From NCBI RefSeq assembly GCF_026210795.1, contig NC_089429.1, positions 1,116,001-1,180,000 of the forward strand: a DNA stretch of 64,000 bases, written 5' to 3'. The position numbers were made by a program, and so were the translations under genes. The first letter of the stretch is position 1. Every line of letters starts with the position of its first letter. Shown here piece by piece: positions 38,291 to 50,689 of this stretch. The notes beneath the pieces were generated by a model that saw nothing but the letters and a program-made list of their open reading frames with translations, was not told where the DNA came from and ran no database searches. Origin of the DNA: Rhizophagus irregularis. Its lineage: Eukaryota.

Positions 38291-39243
38291 AAACTAAGTC
38301 AACGGATCTTAATAAAAATTGAGATGCTAATAACAATTTGTACTTTAATAAAATATAAAAAAATGTAAAAAGAAAAATTTGACTAAAAAAATTGATTAAA
38401 TGACTTATTTATGAAAAAGGGTATACTGCTACAGTATATAAAAGAATCCAAGTCTTTTTACGTTATTTAGGAATTTTCTCAATATTTTGGATTATGATGA
38501 ATTTACCAAGCATTTACTAAGAATGTGGTGTTTATTGGCAAAGTATATTTACGGTTTCTTTCCAATCTTAATTGGTTTCTTTAAGTTTCTAAAAGTTATT
38601 ACTAGTTCCAGTATGGATTCATAAGGATTCTTTAACTATCGCATTAACGAATACCTTAATATATAATATTTTCGTTTTTGAGTATAAAACAGATTTGTAA
38701 AATGTGAGAGCGAATAATTATAATGGTATAATGCCTTTAATTGATCTGAACTAGGTATTGTATTTGTATCGTTACAGAAGACACTGATTACTTCGTCTCG
38801 TGCCTTTTTTTTACATTTTCTATTTATTTGAACTTCAGTATATCAAAATTTAAATTAAATTAAATAAATATAATATATATATAATTTTAAAAAAATCACT
38901 TATTAGATATTTTGCAAGATAAACTCAATGACATTGAAGCTGCTAAAATAAATTTAAATGAGATGGGTGAGTAACAAATAATAATGTTCATACAAAATTT
39001 TCCTTTCCCTGCTATAGTTTACCATCTCATTTCTTAATTGTTTTATACCAGTATTCCTATTCACTAAGTTCTAACATATTTATTAATAAATCATAACCTT
39101 TATAAGGATTTTTCTTTATTTTTCATATTATCAAAAATGAATCCATCTAATTATTTCAATAGTATTTATGATTTTTTTGCTAAGTTCTAGTAATCTATTT
39201 ATCCATGGAAATACTCGAAATACTCGATGGTAAGGAGATGTAC
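38291..39243 (-). pseudogene. Cytochrome P450 relic (5'-truncated, deleted copy of 22325-24530)
   Basis: Nucleotide similarity to P450 exons and introns (e.g. GTGGTGTTTATTGGCAAAGTATATTTA, ATTTAAATGAGATG). The heme-binding exon is not recognisable. Confidence 0.85.
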
Positions 39244-39718
39244 TGTACTTAAAATGGCGGTATCTGTTCTGAAAAATTATTATGCCCAAGAAGTTTGAAT
39301 GTAAAAGAAGAAATGTGTAAAAAAAAGGAAAAAGTTCTTTATAAATAATTTTTGCTGCAAAGCAAGATAGAAATAATATCGGTTTATCGATTTATAATCA
39401 TTCTTTATCAATTGATCAGGAAAAAAATAACGTGAGAGTATCAGCAAGGTTCAGGAAAAAAGTTACATTATCTTTTTTTTTCCTTTCGTAAATGACGTAG
39501 CCATATATATTTAAAAATATTTTTCAGTACATTACATGTGGAAGCAATTTATCACGTAATAAAATTATCTGCTCCATTTTATGTTGACGTTGAAATTAAC
39601 GAAAATACATTTTAACCATTCAATAAAAATTTTTATTGGCCAATTAAAATTAAGCAGCTTACTAATGAGAGGCATGTTTACTTTTTTTCACGATATGAGG
39701 TAAAATACTATCTAGTAT

Positions 39719-40267
39719 TTAAATAATTTCATTAATTTCATTTCTTAATAACAAATTCTTTGATAAAACATTGAATAATAAGTGAAGACCAAATTTTTTA
39801 TAGTATTTTCCATCACCATGCCAGAATATTTCAACTAGACAGCAAATTAAAGTAGTTATAAACATGACTAAATTTTTAATAAGTGCTTTTATATCATCAT
39901 AATAAAAACTTAAAAATATTATTATAATAGGTACTGATAAAGAATATATTACAAATGTTATTGTCTTTGTAATTTTTTTACAACTCCTCCCTTCAACAAC
40001 TTCAACAAAGTAACCAGTTATCATTAATAATAGACCCAACATAGTTGCTATCTCATCATTTTCCAAAAAAAACTCCACTCCCGACACAAATGAAACCAGT
40101 ATCGCTATCAATAATATCTCAAGTATTTTTTCTTTTTCTTCATCACATAATCCTTCAATTAAGTAACCAATTATTAATGAGATAAAACATACCAAGTTTA
40201 CCATATTATTAATACAAAGTACGTTTACATATACTATATCAATAAGTAGTGATGTTAGTAACATCAT
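39719..40267 (-). CDS. Hypothetical small polytopic membrane protein, 182 aa
   Basis: Intronless ORF with about 6 hydrophobic segments separated by short charged loops. No recognised motif. Confidence 0.6.
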   Translation of the reverse strand: MMLLTSLLIDIVYVNVLCINNMVNLVCFISLIIGYLIEGLCDEEKEKILEILLIAILVSFVSGVEFFLENDEIATMLGLLLMITGYFVEVVEGRSCKKITKTITFVIYSLSVPIIIIFLSFYYDDIKALIKNLVMFITTLICCLVEIFWHGDGKYYKKFGLHLLFNVLSKNLLLRNEINEII

Positions 40268-41668
40268 CTTAGGATAGTGTTTTAAATGTATTCATTACGT
40301 AGTGATTCAGGATTTCCTTTGTCAATAATTTAACGGATCCCTGTGTTAACTATCAAGAAGTTTGTTGTTATTTTATTTTTTTCTCGACTAAAGAATTATT
40401 TTCCAGAAGTTAAAATGTGAGAACTGTGTGGCATGTAAGTGAGATCCTTTAAAACTGGGGTGACCGGATAAGTATATATGAGAAATTCTTCAGTTCCAGC
40501 AGGTTTACCATTACAATATTTTAATCAACTGTTCTGCATGACAGAATTTTACCATTTCACACATTAATGGGTCATATGAAATTTTTACATCAGGATGTCA
40601 ATGGTGCTGACTTTTACCATATCAGGTCATTAATGGTTCATTAAAATATGGTATATGACACAAGAGCGCAGTAATATGTGGCGCAGTTATACAATTTCTA
40701 TCGATAAATAAAATGTCAACAACATTTGGACACAGAGTTTAACAATTCATTTTCTGGTTCCGAACTTGAATTTATTACTAATTGTTATAACTAAGACATT
40801 GACATTAAAAATCTGTTCTAGAAATTCATAAATATACATTTCCATTATAATTATTATTATTAATGATTTTTTTTTTTTAATTCGAAATATTAATATATCA
40901 AATTTTTATCATTTTAATAATGCCAAAAATAAATAATAATTGGATAAGCTATAACAGATAAATTATTTAAATTACAAACTATGAAACTTGTAAAATAATA
41001 AAAAAGAAAATAAATAAATAAATTGTGCAAAAATTATTTAGGTAATGGAGAGATAAATAAAATAAGTAGTATAATTTAACAACATTATAAAATCGAATAT
41101 TTTGAAATCATTCCAAAAACAATTAATTTACTAAATATCATATTGTAATCAAATAAAGTTTAATAAAGTTTAAACAACAAATTCTAAGCTAATTATATAC
41201 GTAATGTTACGATCATGTATATATATAAAGTTACGTAGTTTAACAGATGAACATTGCGTAGCATGTATTATAGCAAGTAACTCAATAAATTTATTTTACT
41301 CTCCTATTATTTTGTCAATAATTCCACATTTACTAAACTTTACAGAAACTTTTTATCAATTATTAGATAACTTTGACAATAAAAAAAAAAATTTAGAAAG
41401 TTTATTTTTACAGGGGTTTTAGGATAATATCTAAAAGTATAATCCAAATCTAAAGTCTATTAAATACAAACGATAAATGTGGATAACTAATAGTCCATAT
41501 ATTATATATTTTTAACGATATAATTACTTTATAATATTCATTTTACACTATTTATAAATTTATGTTACAAGGAAGGAGTGTCAAAAAATGACAAAAATTA
41601 CATACTCTCTACTCTCTATCTTTAACTCTTTATATGTTTCTATTAATTTAATATTTTAATATATTTAA

Positions 41669-42868
41669 TTACACGCCAAGTGACTTGATAGCATGTTCGT
41701 AAAAATCCATGTCAACATAGTATCTTGCAAGCAGGTTCCTTAGTTCATCTTGATTGCTGGGACTATTCGTCTCAGTAGCATTATCAACCTCTCTTTCCAA
41801 AGTACTTATCTTCGATTTTCTATCATTTTTCATTTTTTCTAATTCCTTTAAAAGTTTCTCCCTATCCTGCTTTATGAATACAAACCGTGTTACAAATCCG
41901 AATGGATTCGCTCTTTTACCACCAAAGAGAAAGGCAAATATTACCCAAATTGAAAGGTATCCACCTATATTACTGAAAAGGTCTGCTAGTTTGAAGGATG
42001 GTGCTTCAACCTCTTTTATAACCCTTTTCGGCGCTATTATTCCAATCGATATTACCTGCTCATCAACTTGGATAACATCAAAAGCATTTTTTATAATGAA
42101 AGTTTCGAAGCTTCGATATGTGTAACTTCCATCTAAAACTTGTCGACGGTCCTCTGTATATTGGAGAATCCCACCATCATTTAATATTTCAACTCCTACA
42201 TCATTAAATATGTTTCCTTCAGGAATGAGGAGCGTCCAGTCCATCTTATCGTGAGTGTCACCAATAAAAATAACAATACTGGTAGAATTATTGCTCTGAA
42301 ATTGTATGTGATAATATCCTCCAATAGTATCCTTTGGCTTCGATGATAATCTACCATCAAAAAAGTGGCATCGTCCATTATTTCCTGTAATAATACTAAA
42401 TCCGTCGTTTAAACTGTAGGATTTCTTACGTTCCATAAAAAGTTCAATATCATTAAATCCATTAAAACTGTCATGATAATCTGCTGAAAGAAATATAAGT
42501 TCACTATCTGTGCTTGAGCAAAAAAGTATGGATGGAGAAATTGTGTTCGATTCAAACGTTGCTGGTAGTACGTTTGGGGGATCATGTATCATTTTATAGA
42601 TACTGTAGAACGTGAGTCCTAATAACCCAGCAGTAAAGAGGAAGAAAACTATCATCTTAAGTATTCTTGTGTGAATGCTTCGAGTACTTTTACTAGTTAT
42701 ATGATCGATAATTTGTTGGCGAAGATGAGGATATTGAATGATTCGAACAATAAATATGAAAATTATAAAGGCCACGAAAATCATGGCTATCGCTATACCG
42801 GCCAAGCCGACGTAACCACCGAGAACCTTAAATAATCTAGAATCAGTAAAATTATCAGAACCATCCAT
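41669..42868 (-). CDS. Membrane protein, 399 aa, with DEG/ENaC-like topology and TM motif
   Basis: Intronless ORF: two N-terminal hydrophobic helices, SPSILFCS, a ~200-aa loop, then LADLFSNIGGYLSIWVIFAFLFG and a charged coiled-coil-like tail. The CDS is well supported; the channel assignment is tentative. Confidence 0.8.
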   Translation of the reverse strand: MDGSDNFTDSRLFKVLGGYVGLAGIAIAMIFVAFIIFIFIVRIIQYPHLRQQIIDHITSKSTRSIHTRILKMIVFFLFTAGLLGLTFYSIYKMIHDPPNVLPATFESNTISPSILFCSSTDSELIFLSADYHDSFNGFNDIELFMERKKSYSLNDGFSIITGNNGRCHFFDGRLSSKPKDTIGGYYHIQFQSNNSTSIVIFIGDTHDKMDWTLLIPEGNIFNDVGVEILNDGGILQYTEDRRQVLDGSYTYRSFETFIIKNAFDVIQVDEQVISIGIIAPKRVIKEVEAPSFKLADLFSNIGGYLSIWVIFAFLFGGKRANPFGFVTRFVFIKQDREKLLKELEKMKNDRKSKISTLEREVDNATETNSPSNQDELRNLLARYYVDMDFYEHAIKSLGV

Positions 42869-44404
42869 ATTGTAAACTTTTTTACTAACGAAAATTTACT
42901 ATTATTTCTTTTTTGATATCTTTGTTATTTCCTTTAACATGATTTTTTGGTTTCTAGATGCTTGATATATAAGTAATAAAATTAATTCAAGTTGTATATG
43001 TTATTTTTCGATTATAAATTCCAAATAAAGCGATTACCCCTTAATCTTAAATGCATTAATTGTATTATGGAGTACAAACTACAAAGCGATTTAAAAATAG
43101 ATGAAATTGGTTCATTCATTTTCGGATCTTTTACTTATTTGATCAAACCTTAAAAAAAAATTTTCTTTTTTTGGTAAAAACTTTCTCAAATGATTCTATA
43201 ATGTTTGTTATATTGGCGGCGGATCTTTTGTTGATTTTATTTCCTTTTTAACTATTGTAAATTCCGATATTGTCGCCATCATGCAATGTTGATCAAAATA
43301 TTTTAAGCCACACTGTTGAAATTATTTACTAGACAATAAAGTTATTCTTAATATTTAATACCACAATAGTAATTATTTTAGTGTACACAAGATTATGGTT
43401 TTTGTATAACACTGAATTCCCGAAGGTGCTTCTTGTCTCACAAATCAGGCAATCATTGTCCCACTAACGAACTAAGTGGAGCTAATTAATAAGCTGTTCT
43501 TGCCTATATAATTATCTGGATTGTGAAAACTAAGTTACCTTAGTTGTTGAAAGTAAAATTTTTGTGCAACAAATTCGTGAGATGATACGCAACATACGGG
43601 GCTATTTTTCACTCAATCAAGATAGTTTGACAATGATAGTAATTACTATAATGAACAATTATAAATCATGATTTTAACTCTGCAAGATGATATTTAATCA
43701 TTTCCTGATATATGCAATGAAACTTTTTATACGCCACTTATTTTTTATATAAAGGAAGGATATCAGTAAAGTTTCGGGACACTAAGTTTCGGAAATTTTA
43801 AGTTTCGGGATATTTGGCAAAAAATTAGCCGAAATAATTGCCGGCAAATTATTAACACGTGATATCAAATCGGAAAAAATACTATATTACTTTTTTTACT
43901 AAATATTGCAAAATACCAAAGTTAAAATTAAATGAACGCTTATTATGATGGCTAATAATTGAAAAATTCTTAGAAGATTTCATTTTAACTCCACTATTTA
44001 GTGACCTTTTTCTTTGGAATTTCTTTTATTAATAATTTAACGGATCACGTTTATTACCGAACACATTGTTGCTATTTTATTCTGAAGTTCTCAAAATAAT
44101 TTTCCCAACTGCTTAAAGTTAAAATGTGAGAACCGTTATGGCTTGGAGTGATCGGGTTGGTATATACGAGAAATTCTTTGTCCCAGCAGGTTTGTCATTA
44201 TAAGGAAGAGGTGAATCAATAATTCTGCATGTAAAATTTGCCATTCCATGCGTTAATGGTTTTGTGAAAATGTTAATTTACTACATCAAGACGTCAATGT
44301 TGAATGTTCCATAAAACATGGTATATGTCACACAAGCGCAACAAATTTTGGCGCGTTTATACAATTTATAAACTGAGAATTTAAATTGATTATCATATCC
44401 AGAT

Positions 44405-44580
44405 TGCGGCGGAATTCAATAAACCGGATCATAAGTAAAATTTTGATATAACGAAATTGAGGTCTAGAACGAACCATAATAATTTTGTTCCCAATATAAC
44501 GAATTTCTCGATATAACGGATTTTTGAAAAATCTTGTTATTGGAACGGACACGGTCCGGTATATTGAATTTCATTGTGTA
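44405..44580. mobile_element. Degenerate MITE related to the 60538-61022 element
   Basis: Left GAATTCAATAAACCGGATC and right GTCCGGTATATTGAATTTCATTGTG-TA resemble the TIR of the 60.5-kb MITE. It is absent from the paralogous repeat at about 40.7 kb. Confidence 0.6.
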
Positions 44581-46070
44581 TTATCTATTTGATAATAAAG
44601 ACAAGTGAAAAAATGAAAATACGCCGATCATATATTAAAAATTTATATATATTGGGGCATCAAATTCATTTTCTTGATTCTGAACTTGAATTTACATTTA
44701 CAATAACTAAAAAATTTGGTGTTAAAAAAAGTTTGTTCTAGAAATCTCATTAGTATATTGAGAATATAGGCGAATGACATAAACGATTAAATCCCTATCA
44801 TTATTATCAAAACATGATTTTTTAACTTAATATTAATATGATGACTTTTTCAACGTATTTAATAATACTGGAAATAAAGTAAATTTTATTTAATAATTGG
44901 ATAGACAATAAATAAAAAGAATTATTTAAATTACAAAGAAATTTTAAAGACATTTCAAGACTTTAATCTTAGTGTTTAAACAATTCTAAATAAAATAAAA
45001 AAAAATTTAATAAATGGGTAGATTATAAGAATATATATATAAAAAAGAATTATTAAATAAATAACAAACTAAGAATCTTGTAAAAGAAACAAAAGGTAAT
45101 GACAATAACAAACATCATAATATAAGTCTTTCATAAATACAGTTTACAACTTTTTATTTCCTATAATATTTAATCAATTAATAACAAAAGAATTAATTCA
45201 AATAAAATAATTGTACAAAATTATCATTATTTATAGTACATACCTAATTATTTTATTCTTCACTCTTCCAAAATTTCACTATTTAGATTTTCATTTAGTT
45301 TCTTGCAAGTGAAACTTAATAAACGACTTGTATGAAGTGCTTGTGAATTAGGTTTAAAATTTATTTCCAATTGATGCATTTATAAATTCCATAGTATGAT
45401 AATTAAGATTGATTTAGATTAACCCGTATAAATAATTTTGAATTGTGCAACGCGTGATTCGTCTGCGCCTGATCTATTCCATGATTTTTATGCATAAGTA
45501 GGAGCATAGTATTTTATTTTATTTTGATAATAAAGAGCTAGAGAGGTAATGTTCTCAATTAATTCCTTGCAAATTTCGTTTTAGGTTAAAAAGACCATTT
45601 TTGAAAAATACAATTTTTTTGATGATCGGTAAATGATCATGTGACTTTAAATGAGACTTTCTCAAAATCACGTATTGTGCTGCGATATTATTTATTAGTT
45701 TCCGGTAACTGGCGTTTTACTAATATAAAAAGTATAAAATTAAAAAATTTTTTGTATGTGAAATATACACTTTATTATTTTTATAAAAGTAATTTTATTC
45801 TATGAATTCGCAATGGATATTTTAATAATAAATTTTTTTTGTATGAATTACATTTTAATAAAAAAGATTATTTCTATGTATTAACAATTATAAGCATAAG
45901 CATAGGGACTATGCATCAATACGACAATCACAGTGATGATGATCATCCTTACACCTAATGTTAATTGGGCACGAATTGTGCGACAATGTCGGACTCTTCA
46001 TTCCGCCGTTCCGAAAGTTTAAATAATTATGATTCACAAATATCTCTCTTTTTTTCTCTTTGTCTACAAT

Positions 46071-47723
46071 ATGTCATGTTCAAAAATATTTTCGGAAGAT
46101 TTGCCCGAATTAATTTATGGGATCTTAAAATATTTTCAGAATGATTATTCAACTTTACACTCATGCATTTTAGTTAACAGATTATGGTGTCGTTCAGCGA
46201 TTCCATTATTATGGGAAAATCCATTTTCAATTCCTATCAAAAACTATAATTTTATTATAATTTACTCACATAATTCAAATAGTGATTTTAAAACAAAATT
46301 AATTGAATATAAAATTATTAATAATAATTCATTACCTCCGAATACATTGTTCAATTATCCTAGTTTTTTAAAATATTTGAGAATAAATAATAAGTTTATT
46401 TATTCTGTTCGAAATTGGGTTGGAAATGCTATTAGAACTTCAAACCCCGGAAATTTATCACTCTTATCTGATTTTGAAAGAAAGGTTGATATATTCGTAT
46501 CATTATTTAAAATATTTATTGAAAATGAAATCAAATTACATACCTTTGAAATTGAGTTCTCAAGGATTGCTTGTGTTTATACATATCTTAATAATATTTT
46601 GGAGTTAATTTTACAAAATACAAATTTCATCCACAATATTAGAAATATAAATCTTTTTGTTGGTAGTAACTCATCTGGTATAATTCCCAATGCTAATAAA
46701 AAATATAAGTTAATTAAAAATAATCTATCCCAAATAATTAATTTACAACAAAATCTTAAAAAGATTTTAATATATAATGGTAGCTTTCCTTTATATAGAC
46801 CATTATTATTATCAAAAGATTCTAATTGTTCAAATACCTTAAATACAATTACATTCTACAAAATCAATTTGGATTGTTTGAGTAAGAACATATTCGAACA
46901 ATTAAATGTTTTAGAATCTATTCATTTCCTTTATTGTTATTCTTTAGGTAATAATTTTATTCAACAAATTAATAATTTGGCTAAACCATTTAAATTGAAA
47001 TCTTTATTTATAGAAGGGGAACTGCAACAATTTGAAACAATGGAATTATTACAAAAATCTGGCAAATATTTAGAAAATTTTGGAATTGTACTTGATATTT
47101 ATGGTTTAATATGTTCATTATATGAACAAATTTTAGTATTAATTACAAAATATTGTAAAAATATCAAATTTTTTGATTTTCGTGGACCTGTAAGTCTAAG
47201 TACTTATCAAATACTTAATTTGGTTGAAAATATCCAACAAAATCTCAATTATCTTACAATCGATGTATGGTATGATAATACTGGTTCTAATAGTTCAACG
47301 ATATTATTACATTTAGGATATTACCTTCCTTCTAAACTAGAATATTTATGTTTTGATCTTCATTACATTAAAGCAAGTTGGTTTGAAGAATTTCTAAGAC
47401 AATCTCAACATACTTTTATTAAAAAATTATTAATCAATAGCAGTGAAGGTCAAGATATCTTGCCCTTTATAAAAGAATATATCATGAAAAAGAAAAGGGT
47501 TAAGTATTTGGCTATTAGTGATTCTTCCCGTGAAGATACATTTGATAGGTATAGTCATAATGTTAAGGAGATTTGTTCAATGAAATATAATGAGGTGAAT
47601 AATGTTAAGGAGTTGTTTTCACTGAAATATGAGGTGGATGAATTTAGGTTATATAATATTGAAGTGCAAAGTTATTTGAGTTTAAAGATTAATTCGTATA
47701 ATTATATAAAGGAAATTAATTAA
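46071..47723 (+). CDS. F-box-like/LRR protein, divergent subfamily
   Basis: MSCSKIFSEDLPELIYGILKYF...LVNRLWCRSAIPLLWENPF. Complete ORF with a short C-terminal internal duplication (NVKEICSMKYNEV/NVKELFSLKYEV). Confidence 0.9.
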   Translation: MSCSKIFSEDLPELIYGILKYFQNDYSTLHSCILVNRLWCRSAIPLLWENPFSIPIKNYNFIIIYSHNSNSDFKTKLIEYKIINNNSLPPNTLFNYPSFLKYLRINNKFIYSVRNWVGNAIRTSNPGNLSLLSDFERKVDIFVSLFKIFIENEIKLHTFEIEFSRIACVYTYLNNILELILQNTNFIHNIRNINLFVGSNSSGIIPNANKKYKLIKNNLSQIINLQQNLKKILIYNGSFPLYRPLLLSKDSNCSNTLNTITFYKINLDCLSKNIFEQLNVLESIHFLYCYSLGNNFIQQINNLAKPFKLKSLFIEGELQQFETMELLQKSGKYLENFGIVLDIYGLICSLYEQILVLITKYCKNIKFFDFRGPVSLSTYQILNLVENIQQNLNYLTIDVWYDNTGSNSSTILLHLGYYLPSKLEYLCFDLHYIKASWFEEFLRQSQHTFIKKLLINSSEGQDILPFIKEYIMKKKRVKYLAISDSSREDTFDRYSHNVKEICSMKYNEVNNVKELFSLKYEVDEFRLYNIEVQSYLSLKINSYNYIKEIN

Positions 47724-48692
47724 TAGGGATATTCTTTTATATACAGTAAGTTGTTTATAAATTCCTACATATTCTTTAGTTATATTTATAGATTTATGTT
47801 TATATATTTAAAGTAATATTAACATTCTTTATTTAATATAATTTTTGTTTAACACTGATTATTAGAATATATGTAAAGTTATTTACTTATTTTAAATAAA
47901 GTTGTTTATTCATTATTGTGATTATCAAGAAATTTTTATTATACATATTATACTTATTGAATAAGTGTCATTATACGTACTTTATTTATGATTTACATCA
48001 GTGTTGGAAATTCAGATTATTTTTACATGCACAGACCGCACATTATTTCATAAAAGTTTTGTATAAAGTCATATATAATAGATGGGTCCATTTCCTATAA
48101 TGGATTTAATATCACATATTTATATTTTATAAGTTATAAATAACCAATATTTCTTTATAAATAATTAACGACAATAAATAATTCCGCCCTTGTATATTAT
48201 TAAGGAGATGTGTTACTACGTTTTTCTACATTGTGCATTTTTAAATTTGCAATTGAAAAGTAGAATTACATTAGATTAATTTTTTTTATAAAAAAGATAA
48301 AACAAAACAAAATAAAATAGTGTTAAGAAACTTTGTGCTGGTATAAAGGAATCTTTATTTAATTTAGATTCATATAATACAAACACAATACTAGACATTT
48401 TAAATTTCAAGTGAATTAGTATCATGCAACTTAAAATATTTACTGTCGATTTCTGTCTTTGTAAATAAAGAATATTTTCTTTTGTTATTAATATTAATAA
48501 ACTGAACTCTTTTAAAAACTAGGAAACGGAAACCGTTGTAAGTCAGAGTAAAAAAAGATAAACTTAAAATTTGCGATTTCATAAGTCGATGACGTGAAGG
48601 GACAGAGAAATTTACAAGATCGATCATAGTGCAATGCGTAGATAGTCCTTCTCTTTGTAATCCAATTCATTATTGACGCAGAACAAGTAACA

Positions 48693-50236
48693 CCCTATAA
48701 AAAAATTGGATACGTTTTTTATAAAGTTTTTATACGATTTTTTTTCCTTAGAAATAACGTATCATAATAGGATACGGAAAAATGCACAATTCCGTATCAC
48801 TAAAAATATGGTTTGGATACGGAATTTGCACGGAATTCATATGGAATTTACATGATTTGATCACTGATTTTATCACGAAATTTATACGATTTGGTCACTG
48901 AATTTACTATTTGTATTACAGTTTACTATAATTATATTTACATAAATCTAATTTTACTTTATTAAATTAAATAAAAAATAAAAAATAAACAAAATACAAA
49001 TACATTATGAAAATTCCCTCTTTATTAAGGCCACCTATTGCAACCAAAATTATCTATAAGTTCATTTGGAGTCAAACAACCTAAAAAAAACAAAAAAGAA
49101 CATCTAACTTAATTGGAAACAAAACCCCCTTCATATAGTATCTGCAATCGTCCAAGTCACCAAAGGTCAGAATTCCTACAAAAAAAGAAAGAGAACTCCA
49201 GAATGTCTGACCTACATAAATGAAAAGAATTATGAAGCATCTGATGAAAAAGAAACCAAAATAACAAAATAAATCCAAAACTGACCTACAAAAAAAGAAG
49301 AATCTGAAGCAACAAAACTGAAACAACCTACAAAAAGAAAAGAATCTGAACCCAACTTACAAAAAAAAAAAAAAGAAAATTTGAACTGACCTAAAAAAAG
49401 AAAAAAATCCTGAACAATCCTACAAAAAGGAAAGGACTCCCAAACTGATCAACAAAAAAACTGAATCTTCTCACAAAAAAAAATCTGCTGGCCTATGAAA
49501 TAAAAAAAAGGGATAAATATAAATAAAAAAGAAAGGGGAATAAAGAATAAATCAAAAAAAAATATTTTTTTAAAAAGAGGGTAACGAAGTTAGGAGAGTT
49601 AAAAAAAATTTTTTTTTTAAAGGGAGGACGTCAAAGTTAGAAAAATAAAAAATTTTTTATAAAGAGGAAATAGAAATAGAAAGAAGAAAATTTTTAGAAG
49701 AGTGGGAATAAAAGAATAAAATCAAAAAAAATTTTTTTTTTTAAGGGAGTGACGAAAAAAAATTTTTTTTTAAAGGAGTGATGAAAAAGAAAAATTTTTA
49801 AAGTGAGGTACGAAAAAAAAAATTTTTTTTTAAAAGGGGGTGACGAAAAAAGAAGAAAAATTTAGAAAAAATAACAAAAATAAGACGAGAGAAAAGAGAA
49901 GAAAAGGAAAGACAGAAAGGAAGATCGGAAGATCAAACTCATCAAAGTAAGGGTTTATATAAAAAACAAAAAACGTATCATAACAAAACAATAAACAATC
50001 ACGTGATCTCGTGTTATGATACGAGATTTTTGTAAAATTATTTTCTAAAAATATTAAGTTTAAAAATTCCGTATACATTCCGTATGATTGATTTTTTCCG
50101 TATACATTAGTTTTTTTAAAAAATATTCAAAAATGAATTGCTTATTAAATATACGGAATTTGTATACGGAATCTATAGAAACGTACATAAAATGTATACA
50201 AAACGTATCCTTTCCGTATACATATTTCTTATAGGG
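48693..50236. mobile_element. Non-autonomous TIR DNA transposon with CCC...GGG ends (CACTA/CMC-like)
   Basis: Left CCCTATAAAAAA and right TTTCTTATAGGG, flanked by ACA on both sides (48690-48692, 50237-50239). Subterminal ATACG/CGTAT motifs at both ends; the interior is A-rich degenerate tandem repeats. Confidence 0.72.
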
Positions 50237-50689
50237 ACAGAACCACAAGGTTTTTATAAACATGATGCAAGATGGCTTTATTGATTATGATATTTATAAA
50301 TAATTAATTTCAGTATATGTAACTCTGATCTAATTTTGTTTAGTTCAATATCAAATGGTTTAATAAATGATTTGGTCCATTTTCTGAATTTTTATAAAAT
50401 TGTCCAAATAAAAAAAATTAATTTTTAGTTGACTAATTTTTTAAAAAATTCATACTTATTCAAAACCAAAATTTTTTAATTATTAATTTTTAATGACTAG
50501 TAATAATAATACAAAAAGAGAAACTTGACAATGACAAAATGAATTAAGGAGAAATTGTGCTAATAAATTAATGAAAATAATGGAATGAATAAAATGGTAA
50601 AATAATAATGAAAAGAAAAATAAGAAAAAAAGAGAGATGAAAAAAAAAACGATGTATTCTTTATACGCTCTGTGAATTATACTATGTAA

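Larger units (their letters stand above)
33031..39243. repeat. Segmental duplication copy B, paralogous to 19309-23625
   Basis: Collinear similarity as for copy A, with about 2.3 kb extra inside IleRS. Confidence 0.92.
40325..44745 (+). repeat. Direct repeats (about 40325-40825 and 44030-44745) flanking the 399-aa membrane protein gene
   Basis: Shared ordered blocks: ATAATTTAACGGATC, AGTTAAAATGTGAGAAC, CCAGCAGGTTT, ATGGTATATG, GAACTTGAATTTA, TGTTCTAGAAAT. The second copy carries an insertion at about 44370-44580. Confidence 0.8.

Noticed and set aside
41754..42378. ORFs 41754-42125 (+) and 42196-42378 (-)
   Set aside because: They overlap the 399-aa gene antisense or out of frame and have no independent support.
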